Of a stretch of 64,000 nucleotides of DNA, positions 8,500-16,621 are shown one piece after another. The stretch comes from Eubacteriales bacterium (GTDB lineage Bacteria; Bacillota; Clostridia; Oscillospirales; CAG-272), in NCBI GenBank assembly GCA_045653945.1, contig JAZOML010000004.1:57095-121094 (forward strand), in the 5' to 3' direction. Position 1 is the stretch's first letter; the number at the start of each line of letters is the position of its first letter. Position numbers and translations under genes: made by a program. The notes under the pieces were generated by a model. The model had not been told where the DNA came from, ran no database searches, and worked only from the letters and a program-made list of their open reading frames with translations.

Positions 8500-8683
8500 T
8501 TCCGCTCCTTTCTTTATGCCCCTTGCAAGGGTATTCCTGCTTGAAAAAATATGGGTATGGAACGGGGCAACCGATATTGTCAAAGTATTCGGTATGGTCG
8601 CAATAGTCAGTTCCTCTATCGCTCTTTTTGTGGTGAACACAATTCACGCATTTAGGCGGTACATTATTTTGCCAACCGTTCAT
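8477..8683 (-). CDS. Cys/His-rich 68-aa phage protein
   Basis: ATGA overlap with the stop of the upstream gene. It carries CxxC-HH and further Cys/His residues. It would fill an otherwise 180-nt gap. Confidence 0.45.
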   Translation of the reverse strand: MNGWQNNVPPKCVNCVHHKKSDRGTDYCDHTEYFDNIGCPVPYPYFFKQEYPCKGHKERSGNGKGTDN

Positions 8684-9132
8684 TCCTCTTCCTCGCTTTC
8701 TTCATCAGGATAACTGAATTTATGCGTTTTCTCGTCATACACGGCTATCGGCAAATCCATAACCGATGTGTATTTTTTCGCCGCTTCTTTTATTTTGCCA
8801 ACAATGTCTACATTTTCATTGAGTTTTGCCATAGTACCGCAAAGCAATCCCGTTTCTTTATCGGTTAAACTTGCGTAATAACTATTGCTTTCGATATAGA
8901 ATATCCTGCCGCCCGTTTCGATTTCCTTGCCGATATACTTTACTCGGCACTCTTGATTACGTTCTCTGTCAAGCATTCTTTTCCAGAACGGTGTCTGCCA
9001 CTCCTTATCGTTATGATAGTCCTCAAAGTTCTCACACTCTCCGTCCTCATCTAACGATATCACGGCACAGCCACACACACATCCGTCCGTCAAATACTTG
9101 CACTCATCTTTCCAACATAATACCTTTGTCAT
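8680..9132 (-). CDS. Hypothetical phage protein (Cys-rich N-terminus, acidic tail)
   Basis: A 150-aa ORF coupled at both ends. The N-terminus reads CWKDECKYLTDGCVCGC and the C-terminus reads EESEEEE. Confidence 0.6.
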   Translation of the reverse strand: MTKVLCWKDECKYLTDGCVCGCAVISLDEDGECENFEDYHNDKEWQTPFWKRMLDRERNQECRVKYIGKEIETGGRIFYIESNSYYASLTDKETGLLCGTMAKLNENVDIVGKIKEAAKKYTSVMDLPIAVYDEKTHKFSYPDEESEEEE

Positions 9133-9392
9133 TCCTCGCCCTCGCTTTCAAGCCATTTGGGCTTCGGAAATCTATCTGAATAAGTTATGTTGTCGACCTC
9201 TTCGGCTTCAATTTCGTAAGCATCATCCCAATACTTAAGTAAATCTTCATTCTTAGGAAGATAACATACAATTACCACGTAATCATAGCCTTCCCCCAAA
9301 CACCACCAAGGACATTTGATATCTGGTATACCAATAAGCGGTCTATAATCATCTATTGCTTTTGTCTTAAACCTGTATTTTGTGTACTTCAC
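9129..9392 (-). CDS. Hypothetical phage protein
   Basis: An 87-aa ORF co-oriented with its neighbours. Its stop overlaps the next start. Confidence 0.55.
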   Translation of the reverse strand: MKYTKYRFKTKAIDDYRPLIGIPDIKCPWWCLGEGYDYVVIVCYLPKNEDLLKYWDDAYEIEAEEVDNITYSDRFPKPKWLESEGEE

Positions 9393-9394
9393 TT

Positions 9395-9793
9395 CTACAC
9401 CTCCATAATTTCCAGCCCATGCACGGAACGCATAAGCTTCTTTTTCATTTTGTAAACGTCGGTCTTAACACCCTTGGCATCCTCAACCACCCACTTACCC
9501 TGCCTCTTGTCAAAATAATAAAAATCCGCACGATAGGTTATCGCCCTCTCGGTTACCTTTCCTGCCTTATTCCTCTGCGCTGGCACAAGCACAAACTTCT
9601 TTTGAAGCTCCAGCTTCTCTATCTCGCCCACTCTCTCAAGCACCTTAAGATAAGAATACCGTTCAGCTTCCCTCTTGCTGTCAAACTTAATCCCGTCAAG
9701 AACTACCTTTTTATTCCCATACTTCCGCTGCGGCTCGTCTATGTACCCAAGCTGCCGAAGCAACTGCTCCGCATCCTTACCCCTTATCATCAA
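9395..9793 (-). CDS. DUF1064-family phage protein (putative nuclease/resolvase-like)
   Basis: KYGNKKVVLDGIKFDSKREAERYSYLKVLERVGEIEKLELQKKF matches the remembered DUF1064 signature (KY.N.K....G..FDS..EA.RY..L). Confidence 0.65.
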   Translation of the reverse strand: MMIRGKDAEQLLRQLGYIDEPQRKYGNKKVVLDGIKFDSKREAERYSYLKVLERVGEIEKLELQKKFVLVPAQRNKAGKVTERAITYRADFYYFDKRQGKWVVEDAKGVKTDVYKMKKKLMRSVHGLEIMEV

Positions 9794-9971
9794 TCAGCAC
9801 CCCGATGCCGCGCCCGCACCTGCCGCAACAGACAACCGTAGCAGTATCAAACATATTCCTTTTAGTGTAGGTACCGATAAGCTGCTTCTTTTCCTTGTCA
9901 AAAACGACCTTATTGCACCGCAGACACCTAAACTCGAATTCTGAAACTCCGGGTAAAAACTGTATTTGCAT
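9777..9971 (-). CDS. Zinc-ribbon mini-protein
   Basis: A 64-aa ORF with two CxxC pairs (CLRC, CGRC). Confidence 0.5.
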   Translation of the reverse strand: MQIQFLPGVSEFEFRCLRCNKVVFDKEKKQLIGTYTKRNMFDTATVVCCGRCGRGIGVLIDDKG

Positions 9972-10162
9972 TATTCTTCCTCCGTTTCTAAAAAATCAAT
10001 AAACCTCTGATAACATTCCTCACAGAAATCAAGCCTGTCCCCCGACCAGCTCCTTGCCACACCGGGAGCCCAAATATCAATCCTTGCCGATGATATCTTG
10101 ATATCATAAGCGGAAATCTCTTTTCCGCACCTGTCGCAATTTATTTCAACTTTTCTTGCCAC
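9971..10162 (-). CDS. Zinc-ribbon mini-protein
   Basis: A 63-aa ORF with a GTG start and two CxxC pairs (CDRC, CEEC). Confidence 0.5.
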   Translation of the reverse strand: MARKVEINCDRCGKEISAYDIKISSARIDIWAPGVARSWSGDRLDFCEECYQRFIDFLETEEE

Positions 10163-10163
10163 T

Positions 10164-10270
10164 TAACCATCATCCTCCCTGCACTCCTCAAAAAACTTGC
10201 ATCGTAAACAACAGCTGCGGCACATCTTCTGCCTTGAATGAAATATCCAATGTATAAGCCTCGCAAACAT
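10164..10270 (-). CDS. Possible 35-aa Cys-rich ORF (not in the ORF track)
   Basis: Hand translation gives MFARLIHWIFHSRQKMCRSCCLRCKFFEECREDDG. Its ATG shares the A of the upstream TGA (TGATG). It exactly fills the gap between two genes. Confidence 0.3.
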
Positions 10271-11094
10271 CAACCTTTTCCTCCTTTGCCTTTATAAGTC
10301 CTACTTGTGGCAGCGTCAAAAAACTCGCCTGTATCAAAGCTCCTTGCAAGCTCTCCGCTGCCTGCCTTTTTACCTTTACGCCTCGGGCGTATCTTCTCGG
10401 CCCAACTGTCCGCCGCCGTTACCCACACAGGTAAACACACCCAGCCAATCCCCTCGTTGTACTTAATAAACGCATCAGCTTCGCCCTCAGGTTCGCTCAC
10501 GCCGAGCTTTTTGAAATGATCAACAACACTTTCCCTTTCAGGCGGTACGTGATACCCAAGCGCTTCGGTATTTGCCTTTTTTTCGCGCACAGGCGCTGTT
10601 GTAGTTGTTATACTATTCTTTTCTTTACTTTCCTTTCCTTTACTTTGTCCGCCAATAACCTCGTTTTCGGCGGAATTTACTCCGTTTTCGGCGGAAGAAA
10701 CCCAATTTTTAGGCGTGGCTATCAAAAGGTACCCCTTTTCAAATTTTACAAAGTCGCGTTTCCTTGTTATAGACGCATACGTTTCTTGTATACGCTCCGA
10801 CGTCAGAATACCGTACTCCTTGTAAAGCCTTTGATTAAAAATACCCTCTCGTATAGAGGCGTTCACGACCTCTTCGACAACGTTGATACCTACATTTAAA
10901 CTCTGTGCAAACATCAACGCCACCGGCCGCGACCATTTGGTGTAATATCCCTTCTCGGAATATATCTTTTGCCATAACTTAATAATGATGGCAAAGCCTT
11001 TCAGTCCAAATTCCGCCTCAATTAACTTGACACTGTCGCTCATATGACAGTCAAGTGAGAAATAGTCCACGCCGTCCTTTATTGGACGACCCAT
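10270..11094 (-). CDS. DUF4373-type phage replication/replisome-organizer-like protein
   Basis: The N-terminus MGRPIKDGVDYFSLDCHMSDSVKLIEAEFGLKGFAIIIKLWQKIY matches the remembered Lin1244/DUF4373 N-terminal domain. Confidence 0.6.
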   Translation of the reverse strand: MGRPIKDGVDYFSLDCHMSDSVKLIEAEFGLKGFAIIIKLWQKIYSEKGYYTKWSRPVALMFAQSLNVGINVVEEVVNASIREGIFNQRLYKEYGILTSERIQETYASITRKRDFVKFEKGYLLIATPKNWVSSAENGVNSAENEVIGGQSKGKESKEKNSITTTTAPVREKKANTEALGYHVPPERESVVDHFKKLGVSEPEGEADAFIKYNEGIGWVCLPVWVTAADSWAEKIRPRRKGKKAGSGELARSFDTGEFFDAATSRTYKGKGGKG

Positions 11095-11110
11095 ACTACC
11101 ACCCTCCTTA

Positions 11111-12232
11111 TCAGTCCTTAAAGCTCTCAGCCGCCGCTATAAGCAGCTTGTAAACGGCTCCGTTAAGCTTACCCTTAACCTCACCGCCAGCTCCGTCAAC
11201 CCTCTCGGAAATCTTTGAGAGTATCTCACTTACCTGCTCTATGTAAACGGAAACGACCTTGACAGTATCATCAGAAGCCGCCGCATACTTTGCCTTAAGC
11301 TCCTCAATGCGCTTCTCTGCCTCCGCTTCCGCCTCAGCACGAGCCGCATCTGCCTTGCTGTCCGCTTCAAGCGTCAGCTGCTCCAAATTGACCTTGTACT
11401 TTGCCTCTGCCTCAGAGATAGCCTCCGCTTTGATGCGCTCGATTTCCTCCTCAGATACCTCCGCCACAGGCTGAATACTTCTTAACTCCTCGATTTCCTT
11501 GTTAAGCTTTTTAACCTCGGCTTTATGCTCCTTCTCCGCAGCCTTGACCGCCTTGTCCCTCTCGGAATCTGCCTTTTTAAGAGCATCCTCGGCAACCGCC
11601 TTCGCCTTTTCGGCACTGTCAGCCCTGCCCTTTTCCTCAATGACCTGCATTTCAGCCTTGTTCTTTGCCTGATTAAGATCAATGATTTCCTCATCCCTCT
11701 CGGCAAGCTTATCCTCAAGAGCCTTCTTTTCCTTTATAAGAGCCTTTATCTCACGGCTGGACATTCCCTCAAGGTCATTTTCCTCCGCAAGACGAGCACG
11801 CTCTGCCTTCGGAAGCTTCAAAACCTCAATGACCTGCGAATAATCAAGCCCGGCGAAAAGCTCCGCCTGCGTCTTGCCCGTAAGCATATCCACCTGCCCG
11901 TCCGAAAGCTCCCTATAAATACGCATAAGATTTTGGGCAGTACTGTCCGAATAAGCAACGTTGTGCTCAAGCCACTCGCCCCACTCACCGTGAGGAACGG
12001 ACGCCTTCGCTTCACAAAGCAAACGACCTATCTCATAAACCCCGGAGCGAATATGCCCGCCAAGCGTATGTATAATAGAAGCCGTCTGCGCCTTTATCAT
12101 ATTGATCTCAGCGGCAATAACCGCAGGCGAACGCCCCATAAGAACACCGCCATTTCCCGAAACGCTTGGGATTACCGTTCCTTCTACGTTTCCTTCAATA
12201 TCAATCTGCTCACAAATAATCTCGTTTTCCAT
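11111..12232 (-). CDS. DUF3102-domain protein with long coiled-coil C-terminus
   Basis: AAEINMIKAQT...IGRLLCEAKASVPHGEWGEWLEHNVAYSDSTAQNLMRIY matches the remembered DUF3102 signature. The C-terminal half is K/E/A-rich coiled coil. Confidence 0.6.
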   Translation of the reverse strand: MENEIICEQIDIEGNVEGTVIPSVSGNGGVLMGRSPAVIAAEINMIKAQTASIIHTLGGHIRSGVYEIGRLLCEAKASVPHGEWGEWLEHNVAYSDSTAQNLMRIYRELSDGQVDMLTGKTQAELFAGLDYSQVIEVLKLPKAERARLAEENDLEGMSSREIKALIKEKKALEDKLAERDEEIIDLNQAKNKAEMQVIEEKGRADSAEKAKAVAEDALKKADSERDKAVKAAEKEHKAEVKKLNKEIEELRSIQPVAEVSEEEIERIKAEAISEAEAKYKVNLEQLTLEADSKADAARAEAEAEAEKRIEELKAKYAAASDDTVKVVSVYIEQVSEILSKISERVDGAGGEVKGKLNGAVYKLLIAAAESFKD

Positions 12233-12248
12233 ATTAATATCCTTTCAA

Positions 12249-13937
12249 TTAAGCATTTTTTGTCTGTTGTTGTTTTGTTTTTAGCATATTTACGAACTGC
12301 AACCACTTATTAGCAAAGATTACAACCTCCTCACAAGGGTCCTCGTTTTTATATCCTCGATTCTGCGCTATACCTCCGTCCCTATACTCAAGAGTATAAT
12401 ACGGAACGTCAGGAGCACTTAACGTGCGGATAAAAAATATACTCGTTTTCCCTTTTGAAATATCAGTCCCATACCTTGCTACACAATGGTCGAGCGTTTT
12501 ACCTTCGAGTATCAGCTCCGCTTGATCAGAGCATGGACGAATAAGCAGATTTGCCCTCTCGTCCTTAAAGCATAAAGCTTCAAGTTCCTTGGCTCGTCGT
12601 ATTATTCCCTCGTTTACTATCAGGTCCTGCTTTTCGGCAACAGCCTTGATAGCTTCATCGTGAGCCTTCCGCAGATTTGCGGGAAATCTCATTGAAATAG
12701 GTATATTCCCGTAGAGTTGCTTCACCGCATCAAGATAGTCCATAAAATACTTAGCATCTATTCTTATACTGTACTCCTTGCCAAGCTGCTTACAAAGGTA
12801 ATTAAGCATACTCTCAACCGGCAAAGAGAAGCGCCTTAACAGTTCACGAACATCATGATAACCCGCTTTCATTACGGTATCAAGCAGTTCCTGACTTAAT
12901 CTGATACCGTACTCCCTCTTTATATCCCGATAAAAATCAAGTGCCTTGTAGAGATTATTCCTTGCAATATCCATTTCAGTCTTTTCAAGCCCGAGCATCC
13001 TGTGAGGCTTAACCTCCTCGGTCGCGATATATGTGCTAACCCTCGACAAATCAAGCTTTCCCTTTTGCACGTACCAACCGTAATGTGTTACACTGTTTTC
13101 AAGCACGTCGGTAACTAATTTCTGACAGCCCTGCCGCACCAAATTTTCAATCTGCGGATACTCGCACCAAGTCCTTAAATAATGCGAAGGATAGCTCTCC
13201 GTAGCAGTATCTATGTACTCAAACAGCGCCGAATGAGCCGCATCGGTGCTTTCAACCGTATTTACACCGTCATCAAAGAATATATGCATTCGGTCAAAAC
13301 GGTCTATCTTGTCCTCCCAAGTGTATCTTGGCTGCCACCTTAGAAAGAAGCTTACTGCATTACTGTAATTGTGCTGACAGCCGGCAAAGCGAACACAGGT
13401 TCTGTCTATTACCGCCATTCCCTGCATCTTTTGGCCGCCGTAAACGACCTTTGCTTCCTTGGTAACACACTTGTTTACCCGCCAAGCAAGAACACATAAA
13501 TGCCCGCCGACACTGTGAACGGTAACAACATTATCATAATCTATCTGATATGACGCACTGTTTCCTATTCTTGCGGCACCGACCGCCTCACAATATCGGA
13601 AACAGGACGGACAAGTCGCTCTCTTCCCTGTGTAAACCATCTCGCCACTGCTAACATCACGGAAACCGTAACGGTCAACAGGACCGTAGCTATGACAGCC
13701 CCTCTCTATCGGCATATATTCAAGATAGGTTTCATCTCCACACTCCGAGCACTTGACCTTGACAGCCTTGGTCCTCCGACCGTCGCACATCGGATCGGCG
13801 TAATAACCTATACTGTAAACAAGAGCAGATTTTGACAAAAAGCCTCGGCTCCTTACCTTCTCCGCAACCCCTTCTGGGAGCTCCTGCGGAAGCATCTTGC
13901 AAATCCTATCAAGCTCCTCCCTTACCTGCTTTTTCAA
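12249..13937 (-). CDS. PcfJ-like protein with N-terminal zinc-ribbon cysteines
   Basis: The C-terminus reads LDHCVARYGTDISKGKTSIFFIRTL...YYTLEY (PcfJ-like motif, from memory). CSEC and CPSC pairs are present. The start was set at TTG 13937 (GGAGG 8 nt upstream); ATG 13895 is an alternative. Confidence 0.55.
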   Translation of the reverse strand: MKKQVREELDRICKMLPQELPEGVAEKVRSRGFLSKSALVYSIGYYADPMCDGRRTKAVKVKCSECGDETYLEYMPIERGCHSYGPVDRYGFRDVSSGEMVYTGKRATCPSCFRYCEAVGAARIGNSASYQIDYDNVVTVHSVGGHLCVLAWRVNKCVTKEAKVVYGGQKMQGMAVIDRTCVRFAGCQHNYSNAVSFFLRWQPRYTWEDKIDRFDRMHIFFDDGVNTVESTDAAHSALFEYIDTATESYPSHYLRTWCEYPQIENLVRQGCQKLVTDVLENSVTHYGWYVQKGKLDLSRVSTYIATEEVKPHRMLGLEKTEMDIARNNLYKALDFYRDIKREYGIRLSQELLDTVMKAGYHDVRELLRRFSLPVESMLNYLCKQLGKEYSIRIDAKYFMDYLDAVKQLYGNIPISMRFPANLRKAHDEAIKAVAEKQDLIVNEGIIRRAKELEALCFKDERANLLIRPCSDQAELILEGKTLDHCVARYGTDISKGKTSIFFIRTLSAPDVPYYTLEYRDGGIAQNRGYKNEDPCEEVVIFANKWLQFVNMLKTKQQQTKNA

Positions 13938-13950
13938 ACAAACCGCCTCC

Positions 13951-14313
13951 CTACATAAAATCAAGTAGCGAAAACTTTGCACCGGCAGACTTCGGAATAT
14001 TCCCAGACGCTTCGGTTTTTGGCGCTTCTTCTCTTGACGGTAAACCGTAAAACTCACGCAATATAGCGTCAGACTCACTCGGCGAAACACAAACACACTT
14101 ATGCCCCTTGCTACGCTTGTCCGCAGCCTTCTTTAAAGCTGCCTCGGCGCTCCATATAGCCATACCGTCAACCTCAAGGTCGCGGGCAAGTATTTCAGCA
14201 CACTTCGGATTTTCGGCAGCAATATCCTTTAACTGCTCGCCGACCATAAACACAGCCGAACCCTCATGTCCCTTCTGCTGAGTTGTAATTATTTCCTTTA
14301 CCTTATCTATCAT
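13951..14313 (-). CDS. Small protein upstream of the PcfJ-like gene; PcfK-like/AcrIIA9-family candidate (weak)
   Basis: A 120-aa ORF. The assignment rests on adjacency to the PcfJ-like gene and loose resemblance of its C-terminal half (CVCVSPSESDAILREFYGL). No search was run. Confidence 0.3.
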   Translation of the reverse strand: MIDKVKEIITTQQKGHEGSAVFMVGEQLKDIAAENPKCAEILARDLEVDGMAIWSAEAALKKAADKRSKGHKCVCVSPSESDAILREFYGLPSREEAPKTEASGNIPKSAGAKFSLLDFM

Positions 14314-14558
14314 ACCGCTACCATCCCTTCAGGCAAAACCTCGCCCTTTAATTTCAAATCCTTTAAACCGATGTTGTAAACACAACTCCTGCTCTTGTCA
14401 AGCACCTGCGCAAACTCACTCTGCACACCGTCCTTAAACTCATACCCGACCTGCATAACCCTCTCGCACTCAATCTCAATGCGAGAGCAACCGTCTATGT
14501 ACGAGAACACAACCGGCGCCTGTAACCTCGCCGCAACCAATGCTTCATCAAACGTCAT
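14310..14558 (-). CDS. Hypothetical phage protein
   Basis: The start was set at MTFDEAL (ATG 14558), immediately after the stop of the 53-aa ORF. The longer track ORF overlaps that ORF. Confidence 0.5.
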   Translation of the reverse strand: MTFDEALVAARLQAPVVFSYIDGCSRIEIECERVMQVGYEFKDGVQSEFAQVLDKSRSCVYNIGLKDLKLKGEVLPEGMVAV

Positions 14559-14559
14559 A

Positions 14560-14721
14560 TCAGTTACCAACCTTTCCGCCGTAAATAATCTGATGCTTGT
14601 TCTTGTTCCCCTGCTTCTCTTTGTAAGGCTCAACCGAATACCCACACTTGAATAATAAACGAGCAAGCTCGCAACGCTCATCCTCACGAAGCACCGTAAC
14701 GTCAATCCTTGCCTTTTCCAT
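14560..14721 (-). CDS. 53-aa phage ORF (not in the ORF track)
   Basis: Hand translation gives MEKARIDVTVLREDERCELARLLFKCGYSVEPYKEKQGNKNKHQIIYGGKVGN. It has a TGATG overlap with the upstream stop, and its stop lies 1 nt before the next ATG. Confidence 0.45.
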   Translation of the reverse strand: MEKARIDVTVLREDERCELARLLFKCGYSVEPYKEKQGNKNKHQIIYGGKVGN

Positions 14722-15095
14722 CAAATGCTACCTCCGTTCACAAACACCCAAGCGATAACACCGCTGCAAAGTAATACAACAGTCGCGCAAAACGCTATAA
14801 AAGCACACGCTAAAATCCTCTTAAAACGCTTCATCCTGATAACCTTCCTTACTTTTTTGTCATACTCATCACCGCTATCAAACACGTACTTATCGCCAAT
14901 ATAAAAGAACTCTCGCAATTTATTGCTAAATTCTTCCTTTTTCTCGTTATTTTTCGTAAAATCGCTATTGACAAATTCCCGTGCGTATGATATACTACTC
15001 ATAGAGGAACGCACAATGCGCCCTCCCTTTTCAGAAGCATTTACCGAAAGCTTGCCGGCGTGGGTATATGCTTCTTTTTTTATTGCCTTGTCCAT
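14721..15095 (-). CDS. Tail-anchored phage membrane protein
   Basis: The start was set at MDKAIKK (AGAAGG upstream). It has a C-terminal TM helix (ILACAFIAFCATVVLLCSGVIAWVFV). Confidence 0.5.
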   Translation of the reverse strand: MDKAIKKEAYTHAGKLSVNASEKGGRIVRSSMSSISYAREFVNSDFTKNNEKKEEFSNKLREFFYIGDKYVFDSGDEYDKKVRKVIRMKRFKRILACAFIAFCATVVLLCSGVIAWVFVNGGSI

Positions 15096-15141
15096 TCTTA
15101 TGTACCTTCTTTCCGCCCTCCCGGGCTTTTTTATTTTTGAT

Positions 15142-15420
15142 TTATAATCTTTCCACAAATGTCTTGTCCACCACAGACTCCCAATACTCCATCTCACTGC
15201 GAAGTATCATCTCATCGTGCTGAAGCTTTCCTCCTCCGCAAACGTGCCGTACCGCATTCATAATGTTGTACGCTTTATTTTTGGATATTCCGCCGTAACG
15301 CTCGCAAACGTCCTGAACACGCAAATAGGGACGCTCTGCATCGCCCCTCTCGGTCTTAACGCCTTCCATATACCCCCTCATATACGCCTGCATATACTGT
15401 TCACTTACTGCTCCGGTCAT
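15142..15420 (-). CDS. Small HTH protein (excisionase/regulator-like)
   Basis: A 92-aa ORF. RVQDVCERYGGISKNKAYNIMNAV resembles an Xis/MerR-type HTH. It is the second gene of the early operon. Confidence 0.45.
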   Translation of the reverse strand: MTGAVSEQYMQAYMRGYMEGVKTERGDAERPYLRVQDVCERYGGISKNKAYNIMNAVRHVCGGGKLQHDEMILRSEMEYWESVVDKTFVERL

Positions 15421-15432
15421 TTTTCCACCTCC

Positions 15433-15633
15433 TTACTCAATTTCGATAACCAGCTCGTCCACCTTGCAACCCATCATCTTGGCAATTTCCACTGCCATAA
15501 TAAAGCTCGGTTGCTTAAGACCAACAAGAATGTGCCTTATAGCGCCCTCAGATACACCAAATTTCTTCGCCAGAGCAACGTTTGATACCCCGTGTCCCTT
15601 CATATACTCCGCCAGCTTCTTTCCGTTAAACAT
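15433..15633 (-). CDS. Cro-like XRE-family HTH regulator
   Basis: A 66-aa ORF with HTH VSNVALAKKFGVSEGAIRHIL. It is the first gene of the leftward early operon, opposite the CI-like gene. Confidence 0.75.
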   Translation of the reverse strand: MFNGKKLAEYMKGHGVSNVALAKKFGVSEGAIRHILVGLKQPSFIMAVEIAKMMGCKVDELVIEIE

Positions 15634-15686
15634 TTTTATTTCCCCTCCAATTTATAAAATTTATGTTTTATATTCGTACCACGATA

Positions 15687-15715
15687 TTGACAAATCTGAT
15701 ACCAAATGGTATAAT
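15687..15715 (+). promoter_or_regulatory. Rightward promoter for the CI-like repressor
   Basis: TTGACA-17 nt-TATAAT with TGg immediately upstream of the -10 (perfect consensus). Confidence 0.7.
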
Positions 15716-15744
15716 AAACTGTACTTTCACCACGGTACGATAAT

Positions 15745-15773
15745 ATTATAACCGAACTTTCTGACATTGTCAA
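15745..15773 (-). promoter_or_regulatory. Leftward early (cro) promoter
   Basis: The minus strand reads TTGACA-ATGTCAGAAAGTTCGGT-TATAAT (perfect consensus, 17-nt spacer). It faces the rightward promoter. Confidence 0.7.
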
Positions 15774-15859
15774 TAAAATTTCCTGAACTTTTTGAACTTT
15801 GTGAGTATTGCACAACATTTCGTAATTCAGTTTGTTCGGTTTCATCAAAGGAGTTAGAA

Positions 15860-16198
15860 ATGTTTAAAGAAATATTTATAAAATTGTGCGTTGAACGTAA
15901 TGTAAACCCTACTGTCGTTTGTACACAAATAGGAATTAGCAAATCAAATTTTTCCGAGTGGACTGATAAAACGGTACCAAGAAAAACCACCCTGCAAAAA
16001 ATCGCCGACTATTTCGGCGTAACCGTAGATTACCTACTCGGTAAAACTGAAACACCCGCAACCGACTACGGTATAACCGAAAATATGATCGTGTTTAATT
16101 TAGACGGTCAATCAGAAAAAAAGAAATTAACCCGTGAACAGATGCTTATGCTCAAAGCAATGCTTGATGCACTCCCCGACACTCCTACCGACCTTTAA
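15860..16198 (+). CDS. CI-like XRE-family repressor
   Basis: The start was set at MFKEIF (AAGGAG upstream). The track ATG at 15767 lies inside the leftward promoter. The HTH reads PTVVCTQIGISKSNFSEW. Confidence 0.75.
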   Translation: MFKEIFIKLCVERNVNPTVVCTQIGISKSNFSEWTDKTVPRKTTLQKIADYFGVTVDYLLGKTETPATDYGITENMIVFNLDGQSEKKKLTREQMLMLKAMLDALPDTPTDL

Positions 16199-16574
16199 GC
16201 TGATATAGCAGCCTCTCGGCAAACTCATCAGCCTCCCTCTCATGCTCGACACTTGGATTTTCTACGTTACTATGTAAAAGAATATGCCCCAGCTCGTGAG
16301 CTATGGCAAACCTCTGCCGTTCCCTTGACTTCATATCGTCAAAGAATATCACCCTGCCAAAACAAAACGCATCATTCCCCTGCGTATGAGCACCAAGAGA
16401 TAGATGCTCAATCAACCTTTTCCCCTCAAAAAAAGAAAAAAGTCTGATATTCTCAGACTTACATATTTCACTTAACCCCCATTTTCCCTTATACAATAAC
16501 CTAAAAATCACACTATCAATTAAATCATAACCCACAAAATCACTCCTTATTTGCGTATTTGTAATAAAATACAC
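16185..16574 (-). CDS. ImmA/IrrE-family zinc metalloprotease
   Basis: An HEXXH motif (AIAHELGHILLH) with a downstream EREADEFA. It lies next to the XRE repressor, and its 3' end overlaps the repressor 3' end by 14 nt (convergent). Confidence 0.7.
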   Translation of the reverse strand: MYFITNTQIRSDFVGYDLIDSVIFRLLYKGKWGLSEICKSENIRLFSFFEGKRLIEHLSLGAHTQGNDAFCFGRVIFFDDMKSRERQRFAIAHELGHILLHSNVENPSVEHEREADEFAERLLYQLKGR

Positions 16575-16621
16575 CCTAAAAATGATTTTGTAAAGGGGTT
16601 TTTGAAAAAAAGAGGTAAATC

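Noticed and set aside
11525-12313. 262-aa plus-strand ORF
   Set aside because: It is antisense to the DUF3102 gene and has low-complexity L/R/K-rich composition. The minus-strand gene carries the recognisable domain.
13938-14096. N-terminal extension of the PcfJ-like ORF (track start 14096)
   Set aside because: It overlaps the upstream 120-aa gene by about 145 nt. A TTG with GGAGG (13937) or ATG 13895 gives a non-overlapping model.
15767-15859. Track start (ATG 15767) for the CI-like repressor; similarly ATG 21081 for the orphan membrane protein and GTG 30852 for the 29272 gene
   Set aside because: These starts fall inside promoter hexamers or lack RBSs. Downstream starts have strong Shine-Dalgarno sequences.
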